DNA of 64,000 nt from Acidimicrobiales bacterium. Lineage in GTDB: Bacteria; Actinomycetota; Acidimicrobiia; Acidimicrobiales; Bog-793. Below the pieces are notes generated by a model. That model ran no database searches, was not told the origin of the DNA, and saw only the letters and a list, made by a program, of their open reading frames with translations. This document shows, one piece after another, positions 63,590 to 64,000 of this stretch; within the stretch, counting starts at the first letter, position 1; every line of letters begins with the position of its first letter. The translations under genes were made by a program, and so were the position numbers. Location of the stretch: positions 5,834 to 69,833 of the forward strand of contig JBEKMC010000012.1 in NCBI GenBank assembly GCA_050008715.1. The letters run 5' to 3'.

Positions 63590-64000
63590 CGAAGGTAGAC
63601 CGCAAGGAACACCCGAAGGCCGGGGCTTGGCGCAGAGGGGAGAGCAACCCGCAAGGGGGGTTCGAACGGAAGCGCCGCTCCAAAGTGAAGGTCGCCCGCA
63701 AGGGAGGACCGGATCCGAGGGGCACGGTCCGGAGGAACGGTCACCCGCAAGGGAGGCAGTTCCGAAGGAACGGGAACCGGACGGAGCGCCACCCGCAAGG
63801 GAGGTGCGACTGAAGGAACCGGCTCGTGCTCGAAGGTCGCCCGTAAGGGAGGCCGGAGGGAGGAGCCACGGCTATCCGCCGAGGAAACGGTGACATGGGC
63901 GACCACACCGGGGAGCTGACCTTTCGGGGTCGGAGCACCGGGCGGGCCGGTCGGGCAGCCGCAAGGCACCCGCTGAACCGCAGGAAACCCTCGTCATCTG
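63590..64000 (+). ncRNA. Candidate structured ncRNA: array of GNRA-capped purine-rich hairpin modules (truncated by the window end)
   Basis: GNRA loops at 63602, 63651, 63698, 63747, 63795, 63843 (GTAA) and 63961. Consensus GAAGGTCGCCC-GCAA-GGGAGG. The 47-49-nt spacing is not a multiple of 3. No credible ORF. Confidence 0.45.

Noticed and set aside
63655-63670. GGTTCGAAC resembling a tRNA T-loop, and GAGGAAAC (63881) resembling the RNase P 'GAGGAAAGUCC' box
   Set aside because: The flanks do not form T-arm, acceptor or anticodon stems. The RNase P box is incomplete (no GUCCGGGC) and the other conserved regions are absent.
63590-63870. Possible CRISPR array (regularly spaced repeats)
   Set aside because: The conserved core is only ~15-21 nt and the units are ~48 nt in total. 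The 'spacers' share motifs with each other (GAAGG, GGAAC, CCGGA). The repeats are degenerate, and no cas genes are in the window.
63166-63969. 267-aa - strand ORF with recurring 'PPLRV/PPLRA', and + strand ORFs 63553-63813 and 63627-63893 with recurring 'HPQGR/ARKGG' peptides
   Set aside because: The peptide repeats merely mirror the nucleotide modules, whose spacing (49, 47, 49, 48, 48 nt) is not a constant multiple of 3. The - strand ORF also runs antisense through the nitroreductase gene. There are no plausible starts or RBS.

Overview
Visibly high-GC chromosomal segment (GC not computed) with actinobacterial hallmarks: a BsaP-like gene fused to the bioB stop, a DUF3068/PorA-like protein, an F420-type DDN reductase, and very frequent GTGA/ATGA start-stop overlaps. 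I call about 64 densely packed protein-coding genes. I saw no rRNA, tRNA, transposase/integrase, CRISPR/cas or prophage signal. Gene content in order: (1) dhaKL-rpiB operon divergent from a TIM paralogue; (2) USP plus a PHS-type MFS transporter, and EamA; (3) a gamma-glutamylation-type amine catabolic island (SDR, ALDH, class-II GATase-like hydrolase, GntR, GS-like ligase) extended by an OSBS/NAAAR-type enolase, APC permease, class-V PLP enzyme and RidA; (4) a TetR-centred divergon (cyclase, DapA-like, PfkB versus split transketolase, class-III aminotransferase, ThuA-like, class-II aldolase); (5) ABC-2 exporter, GNAT, MscS, and a lectin-PG-binding-L,D-transpeptidase; (6) PPK2, DDN, MBL hydrolase, DUF3068, acyl-CoA synthetase; (7) an eight-gene, fully translationally coupled group-3b-like [NiFe]-hydrogenase operon (beta, cNMP-binding protein, gamma, small, large, protease, HypC, conserved unknown); (8) assorted housekeeping and accessory genes (YjbQ, HAD, PTP, DLH, YcaQ/AlkZ-like, PPOX, sirtuin, ECH, MBL, PanE-like, Dtd, PNPOx/MocR pair); (9) YtrA-GntR plus ABC-2 exporter; (10) an operon of two double-YbjQ (DUF74) proteins plus a small unknown; (11) bioB-bsaP and a nitroreductase. 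The feature least explained by gene annotation is the last ~530 nt (63469-64000). It has a 21-bp direct repeat and a sigma70-like promoter. These are followed by an array of at least 6 modules with ~48-nt spacing, each a GNRA-capped hairpin carrying GGGAGG/GAAGG purine motifs, and the array runs off the window. I propose it as a candidate novel structured or sponge-type ncRNA. Other non-genic signals: a ~60-nt structured element present twice (48020-48080, and 61333-61393 in the bioB leader); a perfect 13+4+13 palindrome on the YtrA start; a CRP-like site in the hydrogenase control region; and many short GC-rich tandem repeats at gene boundaries. All family calls rest on motifs I recognise in the translated ORFs. 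No database search was run.
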